A stretch of DNA of 64,000 bases from Ylistrum balloti (lineage: Eukaryota). Every line of letters begins with the position of its first letter. Within the stretch, counting starts at the first letter, position 1. The notes below the pieces were generated by a model. It was not told the origin of the DNA. It ran no database searches and saw only the letters and a list, made by a program, of their open reading frames with translations. Shown here in pieces: positions 25,927 through 39,000 of the stretch. A program made the position numbers and the translations under genes. Where the stretch lies: contig NW_026782089.1 of NCBI RefSeq assembly GCF_031769215.1, positions 248,001 through 312,000 on the forward strand, read 5' to 3'.

Positions 25927-26864
25927 CCAAATTGGCACTCCTCCTTTATTATAATTTTGCCTTTCCACTAACATTTGTCATAAATGTCTTTTAATATGTA
26001 TTCTTAACATCAACACGAATGACATCAAATGGAAAAAAGGTAACTTTATAGTTTGTAATCGATCAAGACGTCAACAAACCAGGAAGTCCAACAAGGGCAT
26101 ACCATTAATCAATTTGGATCACATTCCTTGAATTTTAGATCAGGATTATTTCACTATTCCCGATTACCCCTGAAAGAGGACACCGATTCCCTTAAATAGA
26201 TAAGATTCAAGACTTTAACATCCGGGTTTCAAGCATTCTCCGTTATGAATACATTATATTCTTCGGAGTATAGCATACCCCAAGGTTCAAAATACAAGGG
26301 GAACACTGATTAATATTTCCGAAAAATGTAAAAATAGCATAAATGAAGTCATTGATCCCCTGTTGTTAGTTGCGAAAATAATTATTAAATCGGCAGGCCT
26401 AAGAAGGTATAAGAAGTACATAGCAAATATTTAATTGGAGCCATTTTTCAAATCTGTCATTTCTGGTTGCTAAGCAACTTTGAGCTCGTAAAAGCAGATG
26501 AAAGTTTAGCAATTTTTTCATTAAAGTTTTTCTTATTTTCTCACCAATGATTTTATCAAATTTTAATGAAAGACGATTGACGATTGTTTGAAGGAAAATA
26601 CGATAGCTCTATCAAATAACAAGGAATGACTGTTATTGATAAAAATATAAGAATAAATTGGAACAATGAATACGTACAGAAACATTGAGCTTTTTAAAAA
26701 ATCACCAACAGAGCAAGGAGTAGTTTAGAAAATTGACGTCCTGACCTGTATACAATTGTTTTGTGCATACGTGTTCAGATTGAACGAAAGACACACAAGT
26801 GAATAACACATTTAAATACAAATTTACAGTAAGATAGAGTAGAACCGAACAATGCATCAAACTG

Positions 26865-26907
26865 CATCATACAGCTGTGTTTCGTCCTTCTAGTCTCATC
26901 AGTGATG
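26865..26907 (-). ncRNA. Minimal type I hammerhead ribozyme with intact catalytic core
   Basis: The minus strand reads CATCA-CTGATGA-GACTAGAAGGAC-GAAAC-ACAGCT-GTA-TGATG. Stem I is CATCA/TGATG, stem III is ACA/TGT within the palindrome ACAGCTGT, and the cleavage triplet is GUA. Stem II has one A-A mismatch. Confidence 0.8.
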
Positions 26908-27217
26908 TTAAGGACTTAAGCCTATGTAGCGAATGATGATAATCCGAAGTGATCGATAAGTCATAATGTAGACGGGGAGATAAAACAGCCCAATAATTAT
27001 ATCAGCTTCCTTATTTTCATATATCACATACTTTTAGAATACCAGAAAGTATAAATGTGTATTCTGAAAAATGCTACGATTCGAATGAATTGAAACATGG
27101 CAACAACAGTGTCTACCACTTGCTATATCAAAGACTGTACACAAGACACACAAGGGAATAGCACCATTTAATACAAATTTAGAGTTAGATACAGTGGAGC
27201 AAAACAATTAATTGAAA

Positions 27218-27254
27218 TGCTGTGTTTCGTCCCCTCTAGGACTCGCCAGTGATG
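27218..27254 (-). ncRNA. Degenerate hammerhead copy
   Basis: CATCA-CTGGCGA-GTCC(TAGAGG)GGAC-GAAAC-ACAGC. Stem II is perfect, the core has an A6>G change, and the cleavage site is lost. Confidence 0.6.
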
Positions 27255-27622
27255 TTCAGCCGTGGAAGCGACTTAGGAAAATCCAACGTGATTGTACAAG
27301 ATCTTTCACTCTTGTTTTAGAAGTATGAAATATTACTCGCTAAATATCATGTTTTGTAACCTCTAAAAACAACTAATTCGAGATAAAGAAATACCATAGA
27401 CATCACCAATATGTTGTGGAACCTCTAATATTTACTCCATTGCAAAAAGATAAATAAATGACACCGTATTCATTCCAATAGTTCTTGAGTTTATTGATTA
27501 ATTTTTATTCACATTTAAAATTTCTAAAAGCATACAGGTAGTTAAGTTAGTCTAAACAATTGATAAACATATTATCCAGTTTGTTGGTTCTCTGAATCTG
27601 TAATCTCACAGTAGTACCCATA

Positions 27623-29143
27623 TTAATCACACGATCCTTCATGTGCGCTAGCTACTCCCCTGAAAATGTAAAATGGCGTATATCAATAATGCAAAGTTTG
27701 AACGCTTTATACAAAATAAATTCCTTAAAGATATTTCTTAGAAACCCGAAAAAGACACATAACTGCATTACGTTTCATGCATTAGAAAGGAATATCATCA
27801 TTTGTCTTTCTCGCTGAATACATTCACCTTTTTTGTATTACAGATATTTATTTTCTCCTGGAAGACATTGGAGCAGATTACTTTAATAGATGGAAAGAAG
27901 AATGCTTCTCAGATATTCATTGTAATCAAAATGAAATGCAGTTTACTGAAGTGACAGGATGACTATACAAAAGAAGACTCAATGTACAGATATCGTATGA
28001 GTAAAACATGTATTAACATACTTGCACTCTCTGCTACAATCGTTGATGTACGTTTCCCCATCATCTCCACACACAGGATTGTAATCCATCGTACAGACAC
28101 ATAGGTCATCTTCACACTTTCCATTGTGGAGCAATCGGACATCACTGAAATGTTCAGTAGAATGGAATATAACGATGAAAGGTCTACCCTGAAATTGTTT
28201 TCTGTTTAACGAGGCTGTAAGCAAGCTGTATCTAGTAAACACAAATGGAATTGTATACGATAATAAAACTCTTTGACTATTTTGAAAATATTCCCATAGC
28301 TTAGCAACATTGTAGTCACATAGAGATTTTTTTTATGAAAATCTATTTATCTACTTAAAAGACATTTAAGTAAAATAAGAACCAGGCGACATGAAGTAAA
28401 ACAATGAATCAAGCTGCATCGTATATCTGTTTCGACCTTCGAAGAGAATAGAGAAAATCCATATTGGTTGAAAGAAATATCGGAAATCAAACGGGGAGGT
28501 ACACTAACAGCAGTATTCAATGATTTTCATAATTTTCAAAATGAATGATAGAACGACAAGTACATGTACATATTCTGAACCATGCCACTATTCGATTGGA
28601 ATTAACGCCCGTCATGTATAAAAGACACATTAGTGAACAACCCATTTCAATACAGATTAGATTACTGGTTACAAAATTACAGAAGAGCCAAATAATAAAG
28701 TAAAGTGAATCATGCAGTTGTATCGTCCTTTTATGACTCGTCACGATGTTATACTAGGGTAATAAATAAAAATCTAAATTACATTTCAAAAAAACCTTTT
28801 ATAACATATAATAGCGCCAGAAATTGAATTCACCTTGATCTTCTGTCCTGATTAATTTCAAGTGTTCAAAGTTTTGATATATCGTTGTTGTGATTAAAAC
28901 AGATTTCTCGAAGATTCTTAAGGGGTTTGTTATACGTTCAACAACCAGATTTCGGTGACCATGAGTACATTTGACTTACTTGCACTTCCTCATACAATCG
29001 TTTCCGTAAGTTACACCGTCTGCACCACATACGGGTTTGTGAATCATTTGACATGCGCATGCTTTTTTGGGAACTGAATTGGTCTCATCTGCCATAATAG
29101 CAGAGAAGCCAATCACCACTAGGAGAACTAATGTCAGCTTCAT
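27623..29143 (-). CDS. Secreted 2-domain Kazal serine protease inhibitor, gene A (107 aa)
   Basis: Coding exons are 29143-28980, 28144-28022 and 27659-27623 (GT-AG, phase 2), giving [113 protein letters not shown] is at 27495-27490. Confidence 0.9.
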
Positions 29144-29354
29144 GATTAGTTGGTATCTTCTAGGATGTACCTGCAAACATTAAAATGTAATACATTCGAG
29201 ATAATTGAATTAAATGTTCAATAACAGATCTTTTTGATAACATTCCACCACAAACTGTTGTTTGAATTAAGAAAGTAACATCGAGTTGATATTCATTGAG
29301 TGAAGTATGTGTTAGTGAATGTAACTGCAGACAATATTGTACAGTTGTACATAC

Positions 29355-29420
29355 CAAAAGTGATATTCTTCAGAGAGCTGGAGTATGGTTACTGGCTATT
29401 GTGAACCTGCACTATATATA
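29355..29420 (-). promoter_or_regulatory. TATA box and non-coding first exon of Kazal gene A
   Basis: TATATATA at 29413-29420, donor TTTTG|GTATGT at 29355/29354 and acceptor at 29170. The same layout is in paralog B. Confidence 0.6.
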
Positions 29421-30210
29421 GGCAATGTGTGTAGGTCATCATTAATTAAGACAAGGTGAATGTACATGGTCACTGGTCATGCATGTAACATGTTGTCAAA
29501 TGCCTCAAGCTTGTAAAATTATTGTTTATCAGAAGCATGTTTAGGTCCGAATGGCATGTAGTCATTTTGGAATATTTTCAGATCGAGGATATGACGTTAA
29601 TCAGGACACAATTATCAAATTTAAGTTCGATGATTAACAGAAGTAGGTCATGTAGGGAAAAAATCTTAATATACCATAGGAAAATTTCTTATTGTTAATT
29701 GTTATACACTTCAGTAAAATTGTCAATTTACATGAACCAGATCCAATGAAGTTGTTGTTTTACAGGATTTACTGTACTCGAAAGAGCCGGGGTCATAAGA
29801 AGACAGGTATCCAATCAATATTATACAGAAAAAAATGAATGAATGAGCTTTAAAACATATATCAAAGTTGGTTTTCGAACATTTGCTTATGTGTATTTCA
29901 AGTGATTTGTATGTCAAAGTTTTGCTGTACGGACAGTTTCAAATTCATGAGCTTGTGATATTAAAGTAACATTTACTTCCCATGGGTTTTCTATTACTAT
30001 CATTTTATAGATTTTATGGGTATTAATGAGTAAGTTATCTCCTCTTTAACATAGTACATTTTGCTAAACATTTAGTAATAACACCTATCACTTTCATTAT
30101 ATGTTTCTTTTAGATTTCTGCTCACCGCACATAAGAAACACAACTGCATAGCCGCTTTTAATACAAAATGTAGTGTTAGATACAATACAGACAAATAACG
30201 AATTAAAAGA

Positions 30211-30252
30211 CACCATACAACTGCTTCGTCCTTCAAGGACTCGACAGTGATA
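30211..30252 (-). ncRNA. Degenerate hammerhead copy (paralog at 41240-41281)
   Basis: TATCA-CTGTCGA-GTCC(TTGAA)GGAC-GAAG-CAGTT-GTA-TGGTG. Stem I pairs with G-U wobbles and the core has substitutions. Confidence 0.6.
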
Positions 30253-30599
30253 TTGATGGGCCTTACTTCTGAAACTTAGGAGGCAACTAAGGAAATTCCA
30301 AAGAGATCAAAGGAAATTTCAAATCAAGATAGAAGATGCACTAGCCCCATAATTAAGTAAACTTAGCAATTCATATATAAATGTAATGTCAGTACAACGT
30401 CAAGGACATGTGTTACCGTGCCACTATTCCAATGAATCAAACCATGACATGAAGGATTGGGCAAACCTCGTCGGTTAGAAATTCACCAGTGATGCTCACC
30501 ACATGCAATCTTGATTATTGTATAAAGACACACACACGAATAACGCCTTCAATACAAATATATAATTAGACACATTACGGTCAAACTATGAAGGTAACG

Positions 30600-30643
30600 G
30601 CACCAATCAGATATTTCATCCTGGTTGGACTCACCAGTGGTGC
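30600..30643 (-). ncRNA. Degenerate hammerhead copy with a covariant stem I
   Basis: GCACCA-CTGGTGA-GTCC(AACCA)GGAT-GAAA-TATCTGAT-TGGTGC. Stem I is a perfect 6 bp but differs in sequence from copy 1. Confidence 0.55.
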
Positions 30644-31249
30644 TACCATATAATTCTATAATTTCCATTTAATCATTTATAATATTGAATGAATTGTGCC
30701 ACTATTTCAGTTGAGTTTAAAAGTGGCAAACTTAAAATATGTCGATCTATTACGATAAATTGATATGACAAATCATTTTGAAATCTCAAAATGTACTGGG
30801 TAACTGTTCAACAAATTAATTTATTTTTTGTACCTGTATTGATTATTCAATAATACATATCTCAAAAGAAACGTATGTCCATGATGAAATTGTAATGCAA
30901 ATTTTCCAAATATATGTGAATGTCAAAGTGTTTTGGTGGTAGACAGACGAAATACTCTCAATTATTATTAACCCGTACATTAATTCAATTCATTCATGTG
31001 ATGTGTTTCATATTTTGACTGTGTTGTACTGAATGATGTATTATCACTAGATTGACCTTTATGTTCTGTTATGTTTCTGTGTGCTGTATTAGTATAATAC
31101 TATCACATAAGTGTAATATGATTTTTTGTGACATCAGCAGATGAAACAAACTTAGACCTAAAATGAAGGATTCAGTGGTTTCGAAGATATGATATTTTTT
31201 GTTGTTTTGTTTTTTTTTTGGCTTGGTAACAGTGGTAAAGTAGATTAGA

Positions 31250-31570
31250 TGTTTTGTTTTGTAAGGAAGGTTAAAACAATTAGATGTTTTGTTGTTAGAT
31301 GAGTGGTTTATAAAATTAGATGTTTTGTTGTTAGAGAGGTTAAGAAGATTAGATGTTTTGTTTTTGTTAGACTGGTTTAGAAAATTAGATGTTTTGTTTA
31401 TGTTAGAGTGGTTTAGAAGATTAGATGGTTTGTTGTTAGAGTGGTTTAGAAGATTAGATGCTTTGTTTTTGCTAGAGTGGTTTTGAAGATTAGATGCTTT
31501 GTTTTTGTAAGATTGGTGTAGGTGTAGAACAGTAGATATGTTGTGTTTGTTAGAGAGGTTTAGAAGAACA
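31250..31570 (+). repeat. Degenerate 33/36-bp tandem repeat (~9 copies), paralog of the 41740-42790 array
   Basis: Units like AGATTAGATGTTTTGTTGTTAGAGTGGTTTAGA. Confidence 0.8.
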
Positions 31571-33435
31571 GATATTTGGTGATTTCGAAGATTTGATGTG
31601 TTGTTTTTATCGCAACGGGATACCATAGGTATGAAAGTGTCCCAGCATATTGAAAGAGTATAGCAAGTCAATTTAAAATTAATTCCAAAGTGCAATGTCG
31701 ATCTTATGTTCCACAAAATTATTTAAGATATTTAATATATCATAATCATATATAACATGATGTCTTCCGAACGACCAAAATTCTTTCCCGCCTGTTCTTT
31801 CAATCAGAGAGCAATATATCTAGATCTCTTTTATGAAAGAGCTCTATGTAATGATGAGAATTATTGTGATATGATCCATCCACTTACCACTAAATTAGGG
31901 TCTTAAATGTAAATAGAAGATAATTTGTAGAAGCATGAATAAACATAGAAGATATACTTAAAAGTCGTGGTAAAATGAAAAATGCATAACATTGAAATTG
32001 ATTAGAAATATTTCGTCTCTGTAAACAGTTTGATAAATAAACAATACATTTGTCTTTTCTACCGAAACCAAACGCTGTCTTAATCGAAATCTTATGATAA
32101 CTAGGGTTTTGTGGGTCAATCCAATCAAGTACAAATGGAAAAGTTTCAGTAATGTTTTTTCCACATTTAAAATCTGTTTGTTTCCATTTGACATGCCACA
32201 CACATTCAGCTTATTATCATTACGCTGGGTTCATTTTGTTGTTCTTTTGGCATGCTTTAGAGATCTGTTTACCATTTTCAATAAAAATTATTCTACGTAT
32301 AATTCTTTTCTATCAATGAAAATCTATTTAGGTAATTAACTATCCTTTTGCCTTACCACTAACATTTGTCATAAATGTCTTGTAATATGTATTCTTAACA
32401 TTAACACGGATAACACAGCTCATAAAATAGAAAAAAGAATGACTTTATAATTTGTAATCGACCAAGAGGTCAACACACCAGGAAGTCCAACAAGGACATA
32501 CCTATAATCACACTCCTTGAATTTTAGATCCCAACTATTTCACTATTCCCGATTATCCCTGAATGAGGACACCGATTCCCTTAAATAGATAAGATTCAAG
32601 ATTTTAACATCCGGGTTTTAAAGCATTCTCTGCTATGAATACATGTATATTCTTCGAAGTATAGCATACCCCAAGGTTCAAAATACAAGGGGAACACTGA
32701 TTAATATTTCCGAAAAATGTAAAAATAGCAGAAATGAAGTCATTGATCCCCTGTTGTTAGTTGCGAAAATAGTTATTAAATCGGCAGGCCTAAGAAGGTA
32801 TAAGAAGTACATAGCAATTATTTAATTGGAGCCATTTTTTAAATCTGTCATTTTCTGGTTGCTAAGCAGCTTTGAGCTCGTAAAAGCAGATTAAACTTTA
32901 GCATTTGTTTAATGTTTTCTTTTTTTCCCACTATGATTTTATCAAATTGTAATGAAAGACGATTGACGATTATTTGAAGGAAAATACGATAGCCCCATCA
33001 AATAACAATAAATGACTGTTATTGACAAAACATATAGGAAGAAATTGTGACAATTAATGCATACCGAAACATTTATATTTTGGCTTTTAAAATGAATTTC
33101 TAATATTGACCTTTTAAAACTCACCATCAGAGCAAAGGTTAAGGTTGGGAAATTGACCTCCTGACCTGTTTACATTCTCAATGAAGTTAATTCTATTTCT
33201 ATTAAATGTTACACATGTAAATCGATCTATGATTCTCATGTTTAATAGTCAGAAGCTTTATACTTAATCTATGAAATGATATATATGTTGCGTCTTCACC
33301 GGCAGATGTATGTGCTCGTTTGTACATGCATAGGAACAACTTTGTAAAGATTTAATAAAAGGCAGACATTCGAATAACCCATTTTAATACAACTTTACAG
33401 TAAGATAAAGTAAAACAGAACAATGGATTAAACTG

Positions 33436-33473
33436 CATCATATAGCTTCGTCCTTCTAGACTCATCAGTGACG
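33436..33473 (-). ncRNA. Hammerhead copy in duplication unit B with a deleted stem III
   Basis: CGTCA-CTGATGA-GTCT(AGAA)GGAC-GAA-GCTATA-TGATG. It is the positional paralog of 26865-26907. Confidence 0.6.
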
Positions 33474-34119
33474 TCAAGAGCCTAAGCCTATGTGGCGAAT
33501 TAGTTTAATTCAAAGTGATCGAAAAGTCATAATCTAGACGGGGAAATAAAACAGCCCAATAATTATATCAGCTTCCTTATTTTCATATATCACATACTTT
33601 TAGAATATCGGAAAGTATATATGTGTATTCAGAACTATGCTACGATTCGAATGAATTGAAACGTGATATGCAGGTTACGGCAAATCTCGGGGACTACTAG
33701 AACTCGCCAGTGATGCTCAGTCGAGGTAGCGACTCAGGAAAATCCGATGTGATCGAAAGAAAAGTTAAAATGTGTACATCTGTACATTATCTTTCACTCT
33801 CTTTATTTTTTAGAAGTATCAAATATCACTCGTTAAACATTGTGTTTTGCAACCCCTGAAAATATTTATTTCGAGATAAAGAAATACCATAGACAACACC
33901 AATTTGTTGTGGAGCCTCTAATATTTACTCCATTGCATGAAGATAAATAAATGACACCGTATTCATTCCAATAGTTCTTGAGTTTATTGATTAATTTTGA
34001 TTCACATTTACAATTTCTGAAACATACAGGTAGTTAGGTCAGTCTAAACTATTGATAAACATATCATCCAGTTTGTTGGTTCTCTGAATCCGTTATGTAA
34101 TATCACAGCAGCCCCCATT

Positions 34120-35443
34120 TTAATCACACGTTCCTTCATGTGCGTTGCCTACTCCTCTGAAAATGTAAAATGGCGTATAGTAATAATCAAAATTTTAACG
34201 ATATATACCAAATAAGTTCCTTAAAGATATTTCTTATGGTTTTAAAAACAGAAACTCTAAAATTACACAGCATTACGCTTCAAGTATTAGAAATGAATAT
34301 CATCATTTTTCTTTCTCGCTGAATACATTCACCTTTATTATATTTCAGATATTTGTTTGCTCCTGGAAGACATTGGAGCAGATTACTTTAATAGATGAAA
34401 AGAAGAATGCTTCTCAGATATTCATTGTAATCAAAATGAAATGCAGTTTACTGAAGTGACAGGATGACTATACAAAAGAAGACTCAATGTACAGATATCG
34501 TATGAATAAAACATGTATTAACATACTTGCACTCTCTGCTACAATCGTTGATGTACGTTTCCCCATCATCTCCACACACAGGATTGTAATCCATCGTACA
34601 GACACACAGGTCATCTTCACACTTTCCATTATGGAGCAATCGAACATCACTGAAATGTTCAGTAAAATGGAATAAAATGGTAGCAGGTCAACCCTAAAGT
34701 TGTTTTCTATTTAACGAGGATGTAGGCAAGCTGTATCTAGTAAACACAATATGTAATTTATACGATAATAAAACTCTTTGACTATTTTGAAAACATTCGC
34801 ATTGCTAAGCAACATCTTAGTCACATTGATATTTTTTATGAAAATCTATTTATCTACTTAAAAGACATTTAAGTAAAGTAGAACCAAACGAAATGAAGTA
34901 AAATAATGAATCAAGCTGCATCGTATATCTGTGTCGACCTACGAGGATACGCAAGGAGTACTTTCTCCTAAATTGTTGAAATCTAGGAGGAGAATTTGAA
35001 AAATCCATATTGGTCGAAAGAAATATATTCGATTGGAACTAATGCCCATCATGTGCAAAAGACACATTTGTGAATAAGTCATTTCAATACAGATTAGATT
35101 ACCGGTTACAAAATTACAGGAGAGACAAATAATAAATTAAACTGAATCATGCAGTTGTATCGTCCTTTTCTGACTCGTCACGATTTTATACTAGGGTAAT
35201 TAATAGAAATCTAAATTTTAAGTGGTTTGTTATACGTTCAACAACCAGATTTCGGTGACTATGAGTACATTTGACTTACTTGCACTTCCTCATACAATCG
35301 TTTCCGTAAGTTACACCGTCTGCACCACATACGGGTTTGTGAATCATTTGACATGCGCATGCTTTTTTGGGAACTGAATTGGTCTCATCTGCCATAATAG
35401 CAGAGAAGCCAATCACCACTAGGAGAACTAATGTCAGCTTCAT
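34120..35443 (-). CDS. Secreted 2-domain Kazal inhibitor, gene B (107 aa), paralog of A
   Basis: Coding exons are 35443-35280, 34649-34527 and 34156-34120. The protein equals A except for the C-terminus [11 protein letters not shown]. Confidence 0.9.
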
Positions 35444-35645
35444 GATTAGTTGGTGTCTTCTAGGATATACCTGGAAACATTAAAATGTAATATATTCGAG
35501 ATAATTGAATTAAATGTTCAATAACAGATCTTTTTGATAACATTCCACCACAAACTGTTATCAAAGTAACATCGAGTTGATATTCATTGAGTGAAGTATG
35601 TGTTAGTGAATATAACTGCAGACAATATTGTACAGTTGTACATAC

Positions 35646-35711
35646 CAAAAGTGATATTCTTCAGAGAGATGGAGTATAGTTATTGGCTATTGTGAACATG
35701 CACTATATATA
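35646..35711 (-). promoter_or_regulatory. TATA box and non-coding first exon of Kazal gene B
   Basis: TATATATA at 35704-35711, donor at 35646/35645 and acceptor at 35470. Confidence 0.6.
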
Positions 35712-36037
35712 GGCAATGAGTATAGGTCATCATTAATTAAGACAAGGTGAATGTACATGGTCACTGGTCATGCATGTAACATGTTGCCAAATGCCTGAAG
35801 CCTGTAAAATTGTTGTTTATCAGAAGCATGTTTAGGTCCGAATGGCATGTAGTCATTTTAGATTATTTTGCAGATCGAGGATATGACATTAATCAGGACA
35901 CAATTATTAAATTTAAGTTCGCCATTCCTAAGTATTAATGTATTTTATTTCTTCTATTTTGTTTTTCTCTTATTCTTTATCTCTCTTTCTCTTTCTGTTG
36001 GGTTTGAGTTGGCATATCAAACTTTGCTGTTGATTGA

Positions 36038-39000
36038 ATGGGGGAGGGTATAAAGATTATCTCGGCCAATGGCCAAGGACTTTCGAACAAAGAAAAGCGT
36101 AAGGATGTTTTCTCTTACTTAAGACATACTAACAAAAATATATACTGTCTACAGGATACGCACTTCACTGATGATAATGAACAGTTGATAAGAAATGAAT
36201 GGGGTTATGAATCATTTTTCTCGTCCTTCCGCGGAAACTCTCGAGGGGTAGCTATTCTTATAGGTAGTAATTTTGAGTGCAAAATTCACAAGGAAAAGAA
36301 GGATTCATCAGGAAATTTCTTAGCACTAGACATAGAAGTAAATGACTCACACATTACACTTGTTAATTTATACGGTCCTAACCAAGATAATCCAGATTTT
36401 TATACAAAGATTTCAGACACCATAGAAGACTTTGAAAATACACACGTTATTATTTGTGGTGATTTTAACCTTGTTTTAAAGCCTATTCTTGATTATGACA
36501 ATACATATAAAAATAACAACAATCCAAAAGCAAGAGACAGGGTATTAGATACCATGGAAAATTTTAGTCTTGTAGATATTTTTAGAGAGCATGACGAAAA
36601 TGTTAGGAGATATACTTGGAGAAGAAAGAACCCAGTGAAACAGGCACGTCTTGACTTTTTCCTTGTATCTGAAAGTTTGCTATCTAGTGTAAACCATACA
36701 GGTGTTGATCCTGGTTATAGGAGTGATCATTCCTTCCCTAATATATCAATGACTTTTAACGAGTTTAAGAGAGGTAAAGGAACATGGAAACTTCTTCATG
36801 ATCTAGAATATTTAAACACTGTAAATACTTGTATCAATACAGTAAAGAAACAATATTGTATACCAGTTTATGATCTTAATAATATTGAAAATATTCCTAA
36901 TTCATTAATACAATTCACTATTAATGATCAATTATTTTTAGAAACTTTACTGATGGAAATTCGAGGGAAATCCATAGCTTATGCATCATACAAGAAAAAA
37001 CAATCTCATTTAAGGGAAGGTAATCTTATGAAAGTAATACAAGAGCTAGAAGCACAGGAAAACATTGATATAGATGAATTGAATGAGAAAATGCAGGATT
37101 TAGTAAAACTAAGAACACATAAGATTAAAGGGAGTATTATTAGATCAAAGACCAAATGGGCGGAAGAGGGGGAAAACCAACCAGTTACTTCTTTAACTTA
37201 GAAAATAGAAACTATATATCTAAAATAATACCAAAATTACAAACCGACAATAATAACATAATAACAAAACAGGAAAGGATATTGGAAAAAGTTTGTTCTT
37301 TTTACAAAAATCTCTATGATGTCTCAGATAGTGGTAATATACAAGACATTGATCTTAATCATTATATCAGTGATGAAGTTCCTAAACATTCTGCACAAGA
37401 GTCTGGAAATCTAGAAGGAGAAATTACCTATACAGAAGCAGGAAATACTTTAAAATTTATGAAAAACAATAAGAGTCCTGGGTCGGATGGGTTTACAACA
37501 GAATTTTTCAAATGTTTCTGGGGGAAAATAGGGGAATTTATTGTTAGGTCTATTAACTTCGGTTATCATACAGGGCAACTATCCATAACACAGAGGCAGG
37601 GCTTAATTACATGCATACCAAAACCAGACAAACCTAAGCATTTCATAAAAAAACTGGAGGCCAATTTCACTGTTAAACACTGTGTATAAAATAGCATCAG
37701 GTACTATAGCACAGAGAATAAAAACTGTCCTAGACAAATTAATTAACAATGACCAAACAGGTTTTTTAGCTGGGCGTTACATAGGGGTTAACACACGATT
37801 GATTTATGACATTATGCAATACACTGAGGAAAAGGATATACCAGGAATGTTATTAATGATTGATTTTCAGAAAGCATTTGATTCTGTGTCTTGGCTATTC
37901 ATAGAAAAAGTTCTACTTCTTTTTGGTTTTGGTAAAAGCATAATTCACTGGTTTAAAACATTACATAATAAAGCACAGTCAGCTGTAAATCAGGGGGGGA
38001 ACCTATTTTCTTTCTTTGATATTAAGAGGGGCTGCCGACAGGGGGACCCGGTCGCGCCGTATATGTTTATTCTTTGTGCTGAGGTTTTGGCAATAAAGTT
38101 AAGAAACAATAGAAATATCATTGCTGTTGAAGTTGAAAACTGTCCTATATTACTATCTCAGTATGCTGATGATACTTCGCTTATCCTCGATGGGTCCGAA
38201 AAATCACTAAAAGAATCCATCAGAGAGCTTAATGAATTTGCAAATATTTCTGGATTAAAAATGAATATTGATAAAACTCAGGTAATATGGATTGGAAGTA
38301 AAAAATATAATGAGGATAAACTTTTACCTGAACTTAACCTACAGTGGGGCAAAGAAAGATTTACATTATTAGGAGTTGATTTTAGTGTGAATCTACATGA
38401 AATACCGAAACTAAACTTTGATAAAAAAAACTCACTAAACTGAAATCGCTAATAAAAATATGGAATAGAAGATCATTAACTCCAATAGGAAAAATAAACA
38501 TTATAAAGTCGTTGCTTATATCACAATTTAATCATCTCTTTATTTCATTACCTAATCCAGATGAGAAGTTTCTGTTTAAACTCAACTCTCTACTTTTTGA
38601 CTTTCTATGGGATGGAAGACCAGATAAAATCAAACGGGATACAATTATGCAAAACTATGCTAATGGTGGTCTTAAGATGGTCAATCTTGTAGCTTTTATA
38701 AATGCATTGAAACTGACTTGGATAAGGAGACTCTATCGCAGTACTGAGAAATGGCAGATAATTCTAAAAACCTATATTGACACTGACCTTCTTGCAAACT
38801 GTGGTAATAATTATATTCATTTATGCATAAAAAAGTGCAAAAACAAATTTTAGTGTGATGTTTTCAAAGCTTGGGGTACACTTAACACAAAATATGAGGA
38901 TAAGCTATTTCAGAGTAATATATTATCTGTCCCAATTTGGTATAACAATAAAATAAAGATAGGAGGTAAAACAGTATTTTATGAGAGTTGGTTTTAGAAG

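Noticed and set aside
26050-26500. Conserved block between duplication units with short ORFs (also 32440-32900)
   Set aside because: The similarity is explained by the segmental duplication, and no recognisable protein motif is present.
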